This document shows, one piece after another, positions 42,667 through 56,064 of a stretch of 64,000 nt of DNA (its first letter is position 1; each line of letters begins with the position of its first letter). Position numbers and translations under genes: made by a program. Below the pieces are notes generated by a model. That model worked only from the letters and a program-made list of their open reading frames with translations. It did no database searches and was not told where the DNA came from. The stretch is from Octopus vulgaris (taxonomy: Eukaryota), in the NCBI GenBank assembly GCA_951406725.2, contig OX597825.1:43400001-43464000 (forward strand), written 5' to 3'.

Positions 42667-43990
42667 TATTAGCTTGTTCGGAAAATAATGGCCGATTTTA
42701 AAAATCATCCTATATCCTTGAAAAACTGAACTGGTGCAAAGGTTTAATTATTTGAAATATGATCTCTGCACATCTATACATTTCTCCCATCAACTAACGA
42801 GGTCCTTTATGCCTCTTCAATAAAAGTATAAAGGTTTCGCTGCCAACAAATTCTTGAATTCAATTTCAACCTTTGTTTTGCAACATAATGTGTTTTGCCT
42901 TAAAAATGCATCTAGATGCTTGAAAAAGTGGTAGTCGGTGGGTGAGAGATCGGGAGAATTTGGAGGATATAGTAAAGTCTTGTATCCAAGCCTGTGAGAT
43001 TCTACTGTGTCATTCTGAAACAATGAAGCTCGAAGCCTGTAATGCTATAAATAGTTGCCCAATACTTACACGCAATTGTTTATTAGTAGCAACTAAATAT
43101 AAACTTGGTAAAAAGTGAAGTTTCTGAAATTGACAGGGGAATTCAAAAGATTGTTTTTGTCTAATGGTAGAACATCTGATGTAGATTCGAGTCTTACAGT
43201 GAGAATTCGTCCTTTTCTCTCTAAAAGTTTTTTTTTTTTTTACCAAACATTGCTTATTCGAAAAAATAATTCACGTGCTCTCAAACTTTATAAATGCTTA
43301 TTATGTCAAATATATATATGTACTAGACTACCCATGACCTGTTGGATCACTTGGGAAGTCTGAGTTTCCTAACAGCGAAATTTTGTTTCGTGGGTTATTT
43401 TTTTTCTTTACCAGATTATTTCACATACTTTCAACGAATGTGACATCGAAATCACGCGTAAACGGTTCCTTTCCCCTGAAAAGGAAAGATTTGGCTGCTA
43501 TTTCTTGCACGCCCTCCTACCATGTAACAGGTATTTTGGGTCCTTTATCGCAAAAAGCTGTTACGTGGTAGCAGATCGTACTAGAAATAGCAGCCAAATC
43601 TTTGGAACTGAGATACGTTGCATACACTCGAGACAACTTTTGTAGTGGTATTCCCTTGGGCGATCTTTCGCTTTGACTTTATGCGGGATCTGGAAAACTG
43701 GATACTGTATGATAATGAAAAGAGGCATGGGAAGTTTTGGTTGAGCGTCATCGATGATAGATGGGCGTCCACTACACTCACGATCTCAAGCCTCAGGTCT
43801 CCACTGCGAAATCGTTTAAACCATTTTCGAGCTGACCACTCGTCATTTCCTCATTAAACGTTTTGTTAATATTGCGAGCAGTTCCAGCTACTTTACGTCC
43901 GTTTTTGAAGTTGAATAGCAAAATTGCTCGAATATCACACTTTGACAGTTCCATATCAGACAATTCTAACAACGGTGAAAAGAAATACAT
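42667..43990 (-). mobile_element. Fragmented mariner element
   Basis: MELSKCDIRAILLFNFKNGRKVAGTARNINKTF..KWFKRFRSGD (43780-43960); LLYPPNSPDLSPTDYHFFKHLD (42900-42980); TIR-like TATTAGCTTGTTCGGAAAATAATGGCCGATTTT at 42667. Confidence 0.75.
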
Positions 43991-44059
43991 CAATGTGGCC
44001 CACATAATTGTGACCACAACCTAAGGTTGGAGGGGGTTTCTGGACCTAATTACAATAAA

Positions 44060-46630
44060 CAACGTTTTTAGACAGAGTAGAGAGACACAGGGACACAAGT
44101 TGGAACATATCTTACGGGAGAAATCCAAAATAATCAATTTATCTAAGAAAACTCTCTCCCCAACAAAAGTCCATATTTAAAATTTACACCCATTCCACGT
44201 AGACCCAACGCCAATTAGATTAAAGATAATATTGCAGAATTCTGTAGAAAACTTCGATTGACAGAAGCACTAACAAACTACAACAACGATGACGAATCAC
44301 TAGTGAGAAACAAAAGTAATTATCTATCGCCCAAAGGAAGGAATAAAACACAAGACGACTTCTGCATCCGTATCCAAAATTTTCCTCACACTATCTATAA
44401 ACCAAATATTGTACCTAACTTCAACAACATACAATGGAATCCCCTACTACAGCTAAAAAACGACAAAGACCTGACAGTCAAAGAAGCAGACAAATGTAGT
44501 GCTGTAGTAGGGATGGATACAGAATACTATAAAAACCTAGCATTGTCCATACTAGAAAATGACTCTTTTATGAAAAAGTTGCAAATTATAGGCAGTAAAA
44601 ATCTTTTTAAAATCTTGGAACTTTACTACTCCAACACGGAAAAAGCCTGATAGAAAAAGTAAAAGACTACATCACAAAGTTCAAATGCAAACCAAGCCTT
44701 TTCTATGGCCTCCCCAAAATCCACAAGAGTCAAATAATTACTAATGCCTGCAAATTATACATAAATATTGCAACACCAGAAGACTTAAAATTAAGGCATA
44801 TTATTGCTGGCTCAACCTGTGAAACACCGCGTAACCAACTTTCTGGACATACTATTGAAACCTTTCCTCAAATACATTAAAAGTTTCATTAGAGACGATC
44901 TGGACATGCATCTACCAAAAACCACCAACGAAGAAGCTATATTAGTCTCCTTCGATGTCATCAACCTCTACACTAACATTCCACATGACTACGGAATAGA
45001 GGCAAGAAAATTCTGGTTAGAAAAATACCTCGAAGTTCTTCTGGGCCATATAAACCAGATTTTTGTCATTGAATCCCTGAAGTTCATCCTACAAACAATT
45101 ACTTCATATTCGATACACCATACTACCGCCAAAAATGCGATATTGCAATGGGAAAGAAAGCAGCAACTGTCCTTGCGAACCAAATAACAAGTTTCTTTGA
45201 ATCTACCCTATATGACCTTTCGCTCCAAAAATTTGGAATCCCATTCCACCAGTATATAGGAGAAAACTGGAATAGGTACCAAGACGATTGTTTTATCATC
45301 TGGAATGAAACCGATGATAAACTCCTGGATTTTAAATTCACACTGAACAATATAAACCCCAACATCCAATTTACAATAGAATATAGCAAGGAACAGCTCC
45401 CATTTCTTGACATTTTGATTTTAAAATAGTCCAACAACCATATTACAACCGACATTTACTACAGACCAACAGACTCAAAACAGTATCTCCTTTTCAGTTC
45501 ATGCCATCCTAAACACACCAAAATAAATATCCCCTTCAATCTACCAAGAAGAATATGTACAATTGTATATGACACAACCACTCGGAAACTTCGCCTACAA
45601 GACCTCAAAATAACACTCATAACACTCATTGAACGACAATACCCACCTACAGAACATGGATTTAAACGTACCAAGAAACTGGACACAAACACACTAAGGA
45701 CAATAAAACAAAGCACCACACCTCACTTTAAATCATTCCCATACATATCAACCCACAACCCCAGAAACAATGAAGCGTACAATACAATTGTACAAAATCT
45801 CCCTCTGCTCACTCAAGACCCGAAAATGAACAGCATCCTAAATACACACAAACTACTAAAATGCAAAACACAAGACAAATCACTCAAGAGACTCCTAAAA
45901 ATGCAAAACTATACTCAATACATAGGATATCAACAGTTAAAAAATGTAGGCGACCTAATTGTGGTACATGCCCATACCTTACTGAAGGCTCGGAATTCAC
46001 ATTCCAGCAAGGAGAAAAATTCTCAATTAAGACCAACTTCAAATGTCCTAACCTGCTCAGGTTGTGGTCACAATTATGTGGGCTAAACGAGTCTTACTTT
46101 GAGACGCAGAGTCCCGCGGCATAAAGAACAGATTCGTTTCCCTCAATACAAGCAGATAGCACTGAGCGGACATACCGACAGTTGCGCAAGTAATAAAACG
46201 CCGAATTTTCATATCTTCCCATTATACCAATGCAAAGATTCATTCTCAGTACAAGAACGCCTAAACAAGGAAAACCTATTCATACAAAAGTACAGACCAC
46301 ACCTCAATATACAAATTTAACCATTTTAAAAATTATACCAAAGAGCCAGTTGACCCCTTGCCACCTGTTGCTTCCCTAGGTTCACTCTCTAGACTCATTT
46401 TTATTTTTCAAACATCCAAAATGACGAAACCTCTCAGTCACGAGAATTGATTACTGTACAATGTTCCTTGAAAAGCTAATTTAAATAGTAGAAACCGGTT
46501 GGATTTCACGACATCCATATAATATGTATATATTTATATAATGATTTTAAACTATATGAAACGAAGGCATTTCGTTTCTCTTCCACTTTTTATATTTTTC
46601 CACATATTTTCAACTCATAATTTTGAAACG
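44060..46630 (+). mobile_element. Near-complete decayed Penelope-like element (Neptune-type), RT and GIY-YIG
   Basis: KEADKCSAVV; FYGLPKIHK; SFDVINLYTNIP; WNRYQDDCF; LPFLDI; YRPTDS..SCHPKH; CRRPNCGTC; CSGCGHNYVG; KENLFIQKY. Confidence 0.9.
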
Positions 46631-46675
46631 TGGTTTATACTGCATCTTCAGTATACTTGCGCCTTGTATATTTTT

Positions 46676-46779
<104 letters not shown>

Positions 46780-46780
46780 C

Positions 46781-46817
<37 letters not shown>

Positions 46818-47125
46818 TAAAATATATATTGGTAAAATGAGACATACTTATCTACATGGCCGAAACAGCTGTAAGATGTAATCTATACTTATATTTATAT
46901 TTACTTATATTTATATTCTCTTTTATATACATTCCACTTATTATACAACATTACTCTTTTATGTACACTTTTTTATGTACATTCCTTTCTATACACTGTT
47001 TTGTTCTGCTTTTATATTTAACCCTACAGTCTCTTATGTAGTGGTTTAATAAAGTATGTGATTGAGTATTATCTGGTAATTGATATTTGATTTAGATGTA
47101 TTTCTCCATTTTCTTATCTTGTATA

Positions 47126-47165
<40 letters not shown>

Positions 47166-47212
47166 TAAATAAATAAATGGAGTTGAACGAAGATGTTAAC
47201 AAAATTCCTTTA

Positions 47213-47294
47213 CTCTCGACATATGTTTCGAAGACAACATGGTTTTATTCCAAAGGAATAAACAGCGCATGATGCAATCTTCTCATCAGAAAAG
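47213..47294 (-). ncRNA. Type I hammerhead ribozyme in a short (TA)n-embedded insert (47163-47395)
   Basis: CTTTT-CTGATGA-GAAGA..TCTTC-GAAA-C ATAT G-TC-GAGAG. Confidence 0.8.
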
Positions 47295-47392
47295 AAAGGG
47301 AGCCTCTCTCAACAAGACAAAACAAAAATTGCTAGCCTGTATCGGTTCATCGAATTTTCCATGTTGACGGTAAACATAGGATAATTCATTCA

Positions 47393-47444
<52 letters not shown>

Positions 47445-47801
47445 CGTAAATGTCGAACGATAAGATGAGTGTTCAACGCCACATTGGTGGATATATAATT
47501 TATTTCACAGTGATTATATATCATCCGAGGATATACAATTGAATCCCGTTATACAGGTAAACCATTGCGTAATCCAAATCCTGTGTATATGTGGATCTAT
47601 GTTGTATCGAAGCATGTGTAGTGTTTATAAAATAGCTGTCTAAACGTACTCTCTAGACTATTTATTCAATTATACATACATACATACATACATATATATA
47701 CATACACACACACAGACATACAGACGCACACACACATATATATATATATATGAAAAAACAAGTCAAAAATAGAAAATGCTAAGATGATTTTATAGTGAAT
47801 C

Positions 47802-47845
47802 TTTCAGTACCGGTTTCGGTCATTTTGAGACCTTTTCAACTGTAA
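47802..47845 (-). ncRNA. Minimal hammerhead, U3-A8 variant
   Basis: Mirror copy of 51401-51444. Confidence 0.75.
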
Positions 47846-49300
47846 CGATTAAATAATTAAATTTAGAAAAATTAGAAGAAAAGTTTTTTTAAAAGAATAT
47901 TTCTGTAGTAGTGTTCAGATATAAGTAGCATTCTGCCTTTCTCTGACTCCCTTGTTTGCACTTGTGTGTTCGAGGTCGTTTTGAGTTCTTGGTAGGATAG
48001 GTGAAGAATAATGAGGCTGATGTGGAGAGGGGTGGGGAAATCTGGGAATGCCTTAATGGTCGTATTTTGAATGGTCAGTGGCTGACAGTGGCTGACAGTA
48101 GTCGCAGTTCAATTCAGGAATTGTTTATGGAATTTGCGTAGGCGTTATACTGAAAGACATTAGTGACAAGGTTAAGGGGTGGAAGGTGGAGAAGTAGAAG
48201 AAGAAGAAGATGACAATGTTGATGATGATGATGATGATGAAGAAGAAGAAGAAGAAGAAGAAGAAGAAGAAGAAGAAGAAGAAGAAGAAGGAGAAGGAGA
48301 AGATGGTGGTGATGATGGTGGTGATGATGATGACGACGATGATGATGATAATGATGATGATGAAGAAGAAGAGGAAGAAGAAGAAGAAAAAAACAGAGAA
48401 GGGAGAATATGAATGGGTGTAAGTATAGCTTTGATGGGGCTGATTAGTAATGGATTCTATGGAGTGTAATATTTGTGTGTGTATATATATTTCTTTTATT
48501 CTAAAGTTGAGGTATATTAATTGTTTGTCGTAGACCCGTTAAGAAGTGGCTTGTATTTTGTAATAAAGAGATTTTCTTTACTTATTCGTTGTCTCGAGGT
48601 TGTATCGTCCCTAAATTGGTAGAGGGGGAAAATTCTGAAGTTTGGTGTTTTTTTGTTGGCGCAAGTATCTATGTGTTGGCTAAAAGCTATTTTTCTGTTT
48701 TGGGGAATTTTTATCTGGGATCTGTGCAGGGCCATTCGTTTACGCAAACCATTTTTTGTTTGGCCTATGTACTGCTCTTGACACCCAGATCAGGTTAGTG
48801 AGTATATTAGGTTCTCCGAAGCACATGTGAAGTTGCTTTTCACTGTAAACCGTTGTCCCTGTTTGAAGGAGAACTCTGATCCCTCAATTAGGTAGTCGCA
48901 TATCCCGCAATTGGGTCTTCCACATTTTTTACTGTCGGCTTCTGTGTTGAAGAGTGAATTCGGGCTTGTGTAAGGGAGACTTTTCATGGATCTAGGCTGT
49001 CTTTTGCTTTTTATGATCGTGTGTGTTTGGAGGATTGTGTTCATTCTGTGGTCTTTTTTTAGGAGGGGTATGTTGTGGGGGATGTTGAGTAGGGTTGTGT
49101 GTGGAGAGGTAAGGCTTTTGGTTGTAAGTTTTTCTTTGATTTGGGATGTCTCAGTTCCTTGATGTTAAGTTGAAGGGCACGTTGAATGCACTTGTCAATA
49201 AGTGAAGGTGGATAGTTCCTGGTGATAAGGGTATCTTTTAGTTCTTGTAGTCGTGTGTCTCTGGTGTTTGCGTTAGAGACTATAGTGCATATCCTTTTTG

Positions 49301-50056
49301 CTAGATTGAAGGGATATTCATCCTGGTGTGTCTGGGGTGGCATGAATTGAATGGAAGATATTGCTTAGAGTCTGTAGGCTTATGGTATATGTCTGTTTCT
49401 ATTATATTATTAGCTTTCTTAATGAGGATATCGAGGAAGGGGAGTTGTTGTTGGCTATATTCCATCATGAATTGGATATTTACGTCCAGTCCGTTTAAAA
49501 TTTTCTGGAATTCTATGAGTTTTTCTATATTTTTATGCCAAAGGATGAAACAGTCATCTAGGTATCTCTTCCAGTTGTTTTCTATGTAGATGGAGAAAGG
49601 GCTGCCATATCTTTCTAGAACCTTACGATACAGACTGATCTCTAGGTATCCTATGACTAGGTTGGCAAAGGAGGGGGCCATTCGTGTACCCATCGCAGTC
49701 CCCGATTTTTGTCGGTAGAAGTTGTCATTGAAGGCGAAGTTATTTTCCAGGTTGAATTTAACCCCTTCTATCACAAATTCTTTTTTGATGCGGTGTGGTA
49801 GTTCGTTGGCGTGATTCTCTAGCCAGAATTGGATTGCCTCTAGTCCTAGGTTGTGGGGGATATTGGAGTAGAGGTTGACTACATCGAAGGATACCAGTAT
49901 GGTGTTTTTGTTTATAGTATTCGGTAGGTGATTGAGTATATCTAAGTCGTCCCTTATATAGCTTTTGACATGTTTGAGGAGTGGTTTTAACAGGGTGTCT
50001 AAAAAGTTACTGAGGCGGTGGGTTTCGCATGCGGGACCTGCTATTATGGGTCTCAA
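49301..50056 (-). pseudogene. Penelope-like reverse transcriptase (5'-truncated, frameshifted)
   Basis: 251 aa ORF with RT motifs 3-7 and thumb (YHKPTD..NSCHPRH). Confidence 0.9.
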
Positions 50057-51400
50057 TTTGAGGTCATTAGGATTAGGGACTTTAATTATTTTGTCTGTAG
50101 CTATCTTGCATGCGTTGCGTATTTTTTAACTTTTGTGGATCTTAGGTATACCGTCCTCCACAACATACCCCTCCTAAAAAAAGACCACAGAATGAACACA
50201 ATCCTCCAAACACACACGATCATAAAAAGCAAAAGACAGCCTAGATCCATGAAAAGTCTCCTTACACAAGCCCGAATTCACTCTTCAACACAGAAGCCGA
50301 CAGTAAAAAAATGTGGAAGGACCCAATTGCGGGATATGCGACTACCTAATTGAGGGATCAGAGTTCTCCTTCAAACAGGGACAACGGTTTACAGTGAAAA
50401 GCAACTTCACATGTGCTTCGGAGAACCTAATATACTCACTAACCTGCTCTGGGTGTCAAGAGCAGTACATAGGCCAAACAAAAAATGGTTTGCGTAAACG
50501 AATGGCCCTGCACAGATCCCAGATAAAAATTCCCCAAAACAGAAAAATAGCTTTTAGCCAACACATAGATACTTGCGCCAACAAAAAAACACCAAACTTC
50601 AGAATTTTCCCCTCTACCAATTTAGGGACGATACAACCTCGAGACAACGAATAAGTAAAGAAAATCTCTTTATTACAAAATACAAGCCACTTCTTAACGG
50701 GTCTACGACAAACAATTAATATACCTCAACTTTAGAATAAAAGAAATATATATACACACACAAATATTACACTCCATAGAATCCATTACTAATCAGCCCC
50801 ATCAAAGCTATACTTACACCCATTCATATTCTCCCTTCTCTGTTTTTTTCTTCTTCTTCTTCTTCCTCTTCTTCTTCATCATCATCATTATCATCATCAT
50901 CGTCGTCATCATCATCACCACCATCATCACCACCATCTTCTCCTTCTCCTTCTCTTCTTCTTCTTCTTCTTCTTCTTCTTCTTCTTCTTCTTCTTCTTCT
51001 TCTTCTCATCATCATCATCATCATCAACATTGTCATCTTCTTCTTCTTCTACTTCTCCACCTTCCACCCCTTAACCTTGTCACTAATGTCTTTCAGTATA
51101 ACGCCTACGCAAATTCCATAAACAATTCCTGAATTGAACTGCGACTACTGTCAGCCACTGTCAGCCACTGACCATTCAAAATACGACCATTAAGGCATTC
51201 CCAGATTTCCCCACCCCTCTCCACATCAGCCTCATTATTCTTCACCTATCCTACCAAGAACTCAAAACGACCTCGAACACACAAGTGCAAACAAGGGAGT
51301 CAGAGAAAGGCAGAATGCTACTTATATCTGAACACTACTACAGAAATATTCTTTTAAAAAAACTTTTCTTCTAATTTTTCTAAATTTAATTATTTAATCG

Positions 51401-51444
51401 TTACAGTTGAAAAGGTCTCAAAATGACCGAAACCGGTACTGAAA
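51401..51444 (+). ncRNA. Minimal hammerhead, U3-A8 variant
   Basis: CAG-TTGAAAA-GGTC TCAAAAT GACC-GAAA-CCGG-TA-CTG. Confidence 0.75.
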
Positions 51445-51528
51445 GATTCACTATAAAATCATCTTAGCATTTTCTATTTTTGACTTGTTTTTTCATATAT
51501 ATCAACTCGTGTGTTCCCTTCCACCCTT

Positions 51529-51586
<58 letters not shown>

Positions 51587-51853
51587 GTGTTTATTTGTCC
51601 CTTGTTAACAATTAACACGGAAACAATAGATAAATAGTTACCTAAATAGTTACAAAAAGTAGATAAATAGTTAGCAAAAGATCAACTCCTTACTTTTAAA
51701 GGTAGAAACTTCGGGTTCACGTGAAATTTTTTTGTACAATATATAAATAAATAAATGGAGTTTAACTTTGGAATAATATCAGTAATATCTTCGAAACATG
51801 TGTCGGAAGTAAAAGTATTTGAATAACACCTGCGTTAAACTTCCTTTATTTTA

Positions 51854-51907
<54 letters not shown>

Positions 51908-52211
51908 GCAATAAAAATGGTAAATAATTTTCCTGTGGTTTTTCATGTAACCAACAATTATTTACCGGTAAATTTCGGTATGTAAATACGACAAATTAAT
52001 TGTCAGGACCTTTGTAAGGTTCAGTATATAGTAAAGTAAATAAGATGGCTAGCAGCAGGCTGTTTCGCCTCATACCGAAGGAATTAGAAATGGCAGTCAA
52101 AGACCGTTTTTTCCATTTTCTATAAGTGGAGATTCCAAAAACGAAGGCCCTTGCGGCTCACATACACAAAACCGGAGTAGCAGATAGACGAAAGCAGTCA
52201 CTTACCGTTAA

Positions 52212-52275
52212 TAACGAACACGTGTTTCTGGATCACAAACATAGAAAAGCAGTTTGATTTCCGTCATCGGCGCTA
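52212..52275 (-). ncRNA. Hammerhead-like motif with CCGAUGA core
   Basis: Mirror copy of 52958-53021. Confidence 0.6.
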
Positions 52276-52957
52276 TATTCGATAGCTTTACCAAATGCCA
52301 CCAGCCCTCACTTCTGACCCAGCGACATCAGATAGTGGGGGAAGTGCGCAGATGTTAAAACTAAGTAACGACTGGGAACGTAAATTTTCCCTCCAAAATT
52401 CTGCCATGCGCGCCTTCTGGGTAATCGTAATGGAATGAGGAATCCACATGGTAATGCAATAAAAATGGTAAATAATTTTCCTGTGGTTTTTCATGTAACC
52501 AACAATTATTTACCGGTAAATTTCGGTATGTAAATACGACAAATTAATTGTCAGGACCTTTGTAAGGTTCAGTATATAGTAAAGTAAATAAGATGGCTAG
52601 CAGCAGGCTGTTTCGCCTCATACCGAAGGAATTAGAAATGGCAGTCAAAGACCGTTTTTTCCATTTTCTATAAGTGGAGATTCCAAAAACGAAGGCCCTT
52701 GCGGCTCACATACACAAAACCGGAGTAGCAAATAGACGAAAGCAGTCACTTACCGTTAATAACGAACACGTGTTTCTGGATCACGTGGATTCCTCATTCC
52801 ATTACGATTACCCAGAAGGCGCGCATGGCAGAATTTTGGAGGGAAAATTTACGTTCCCAGTCGTTACTTAGTTTTAACATCTGCGCACTTACCCCCACTA
52901 TCTGATGTCGCTGGGTCAGAAGTGAGGGCTGGTGGCATTTGGTAAAGCTATCGAATA

Positions 52958-53021
52958 TAGCGCCGATGACGGAAATCAAACTGCTTTTCTATGTTTGTGA
53001 TCCAGAAACACGTGTTCGTTA
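52958..53021 (+). ncRNA. Hammerhead-like motif with CCGAUGA core
   Basis: TAGCG-CCGATGA-CGGA..TCCA-GAAA-C ACGT G-TT-CGTTA. Confidence 0.6.
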
Positions 53022-53806
53022 TTAACGGTAAGTGACTGCTTTCGTCTATTTGCTACTCCGGTTTTGTGTATGTGAGCCGCAAGGGCCTTCGTTTTTGGAA
53101 TCTCCACTTATAGAAAATGGAAAAAACGGTTTTTGACTGCCATTTCTAATTCCTTCGGTATGAGGCGAAACAGCCTGCTGCTAGCCATCTTATTTACTTT
53201 ACTATATATATATATATATATATACATGTAATATACTATTGAAAACGAAGAGGAACGTGAAGATTTATTCACATCCAAAACTTTTTATCAAAAACGTTTT
53301 CTACGGCATATATAACAACGACCAACATATGTTTCAATTGTAGCAACCACACACTGCTGCGTATGCAACTATGCATCCTAGTCGCTGCAATTTCATCAAG
53401 GTCCATCATGACGTTTCCAAAGGGAATTAATTCAAATAAGCGTCCTGCGTTGGTATTCATTTGAAGGTTATAGGTTTGCTTTTTAAATCAAATTTAATTC
53501 TGGTCTTATAATCGGCTCTACTGGTATTACAGTTTAATCGTGGTTTATAAAATGTTGATCCCTATTACAATCAATTGTAGCAGTTTTGTTTACATTTTAC
53601 TGTATGGAGTACATTATTTATTCAGAGCTAATTCACTGTTTGTGTTTATACCCTAAATTCATATCATTTTTTGTTATTACTAAAATTATTTTAGTATTAT
53701 TTGCAAAAATATCATTAATTATCACAATCATGTTAACTAGTATAATTACTATAAATGGTAATCTATGTTTCTTTAAATCGTTCATTATACATGTAATATA
53801 TATATA

Positions 53807-53879
<73 letters not shown>

Positions 53880-53881
<2 letters not shown>

Positions 53882-54495
53882 ACAATATAAGGAATGGCCC
53901 TAATAGGCCATTCGACTCACTAGAAAGAGCAGCCAAACTCAAACCGCTAAATAGTTGTAATTCTGAAATTGAAAGAGAAATAAAAACATTTACCCTTTTC
54001 ATCTCTGGACTATGCATAGTTTCGACAAACTTTGGTAAACAAATTAATTAAATTAAATTAAACTTATTTACAACTGGCGTGTCTCGTCAGCAGAGAAGCC
54101 GAGGACGAGTATATGTCCACGAGGCGACGGCAAAAAAGCCTCCAGTCTATATGCTCTAAATTTTCAAAATCCAACTCCACCGCGCGGTCTTCTCAGCAGC
54201 AAATATAAACTGCTGATTTAATTTCAAAATTAGCCAAAAAATCATTAATTAATAAATATAAGGGTAGCAAAAAAATTCTAGAAAAAATTCTCCGCTACCA
54301 GCGGTCTAGTGAGAAAGAAAAGATAGTCAAAGACTATATAATATACATTCAACAATATAAGGAATTGCCCTAATAGGCCATTCGACTCACTAGAAAGAGC
54401 AGCCAAACTCAAACCGCTAAATAGTTGTAATTCTGAAATTGAAAGAGAAATAAAAACATTTACCCTTTTCATCTCTGGACTATGCATAGTTTCAA
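53880..54495 (-). mobile_element. Non-coding HHR element: 470-nt unit x1.3
   Basis: Direct repeat 53880-54023 / 54350-54493; starts at (TA)n. Confidence 0.82.
54002..54096 (-). ncRNA. Type I hammerhead ribozyme
   Basis: TCTCTG-CTGACGA-GACA..TGTC-GAAA-CTA TGCA TAG-TC-CAGAGA. Confidence 0.88.
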
Positions 54496-55293
54496 CAAAG
54501 TTAGCAAAGTATGAAATATGTAAAAACCAACATGACTAAGCTCTCTTCTACAACATCTAGATTATATCCATTTACACTACACCCTTTTCATTTCTCATAT
54601 TCCACCCTTTATTCTAACAAAGTTCCGATTGCAAAGCAAAACAAAATGAAATAAATATATAAAGAAGCAATAAAAGATATCCTAACCTATTCTAAACGAC
54701 AAACAAGCGTTTTATGTACAGTATAAAGTACTATTCTGTAGCTTTCTAATTTAGATTTATAAATATATCATCAGAAGCAATCTATAGATAAATAATAAAA
54801 TATGGCTTTATACTTGTTCGATGTTTGTTTTACTGTTCTCATTTTGATGTTATTGTTATTATTATTGTTGTTATTTCAGTATAAGTATTGATGCATGTAA
54901 ATTTTCATTTTCATTTCTTAAATTTTTTTTTTTTTTTGGTTCTGATAAATTCCGTATTGTTTGGGAATTCTTTGTTGTCAGAATTTCTGCTTTGCTTTAT
55001 TTTTTCTCCTTTCGCCATGAAGAAATCCGAAGATAAACTTAAATATAAATCACTTAGAAAGATTTTATTTAAGAGAAAATTTTATAATAGCATTGGAAAA
55101 ATTACATTTGAAAAATTGTTAACAATCAAGATATTTACACAAAATTTCACTTATATTTAATATTTTGTTTACGCTCTTTTTCTCACTTGCATATATATGT
55201 ATGTATGTATTTATCTGCATATATATATATACATATATATATAATAAGTACACACGCACACACATACATATATATTTACATATGTGTGTGTAT

Positions 55294-55338
<45 letters not shown>

Positions 55339-55359
55339 CATATATAGGCAGACAGACAG

Positions 55360-55360
55360 G

Positions 55361-55441
<81 letters not shown>

Positions 55442-55442
55442 G
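55360..55442. repeat. (GATA)n microsatellite
   Basis: Directly visible. Confidence 0.95.
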
Positions 55443-55699
55443 CATGGATACATATTTACAGATACACAGATATATTATATTATATTATGTTATATTATAT
55501 ATCCTAGCACGAACATTTACAAATGTATGCACGTTAGTGAATATGTTATGAGTATATAAATGTACACAAGCAAATATAAATGAACATCGTGCCCAAATAT
55601 CTATATATGTGTGCGTGTGAGTATAAATATATACATGTATGTATGTATATATATGTGTGTGTGAATATCATGCGTGTAAATCTGTATGTATACTACTAT

Positions 55700-55739
<40 letters not shown>

Positions 55740-56012
55740 CAATATAATTCAATTTTATATAAACAGAAACATATATGTCTATATACGTATGCGTATGTAT
55801 GTGTAAAAAAAACAGGTGCATGTGTGTTTGCAGAAAAAAAGAATATTTCAAAACATTAAGGACGAAGAAATATATATCTACATTAACTGTTTAACTTTAT
55901 TTCTTTGGTATGCATTTATTTTATTTCTATATCTTCCATTTAGACATTCCTGTAGAACAATTGTCTGCACATTTTGAGCTATTTTGCATTGTATTTTCCT
56001 TCCACTCACTTC

Positions 56013-56016
<4 letters not shown>

Positions 56017-56064
<48 letters not shown>

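Larger units (their letters stand above)
47745..51530. mobile_element. Young Neptune-type Penelope insertion with ~1.34 kb inverted arms
   Basis: The minus copy 50150->47745 encodes RT (SFDVVNLY, GTAMGTRMAP, RYLDDCF) and GIY-YIG (LIY..YIGQT). 50153-51502 is the reverse complement of 47745-49085. (TA)n flanks. Confidence 0.92.
51904..53206 (-). mobile_element. Non-coding HHR element: 548-nt unit x1.6 plus inverted partial copy
   Basis: TAATGCAATAAAAATGG at 51904 and 52452; 52782-53206 is the reverse complement of ~52025-52450; (TA)n flanks. Confidence 0.88.

Noticed and set aside
46410-46505. HHR at the 3' end of the 44060 Penelope (ATGACGA...GAAACCGGTT)
   Set aside because: Core and stem II are too decayed to call, although the position fits.
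46855-46880. HHR 3' halves (GAAACAGCTGTA here; GAAACATGTGTC at ~51793; GAAGCATGTGTA at ~47609)
   Set aside because: No matching CUGANGA and stem I upstream, so these are truncated remnants only.
48790-48792. TGA at a Cys codon of the Penelope GIY-YIG (LT*SGC) as possible selenocysteine
   Set aside because: The near-identical right arm has TGC at this site (~50445), so this is a point mutation or sequencing error.
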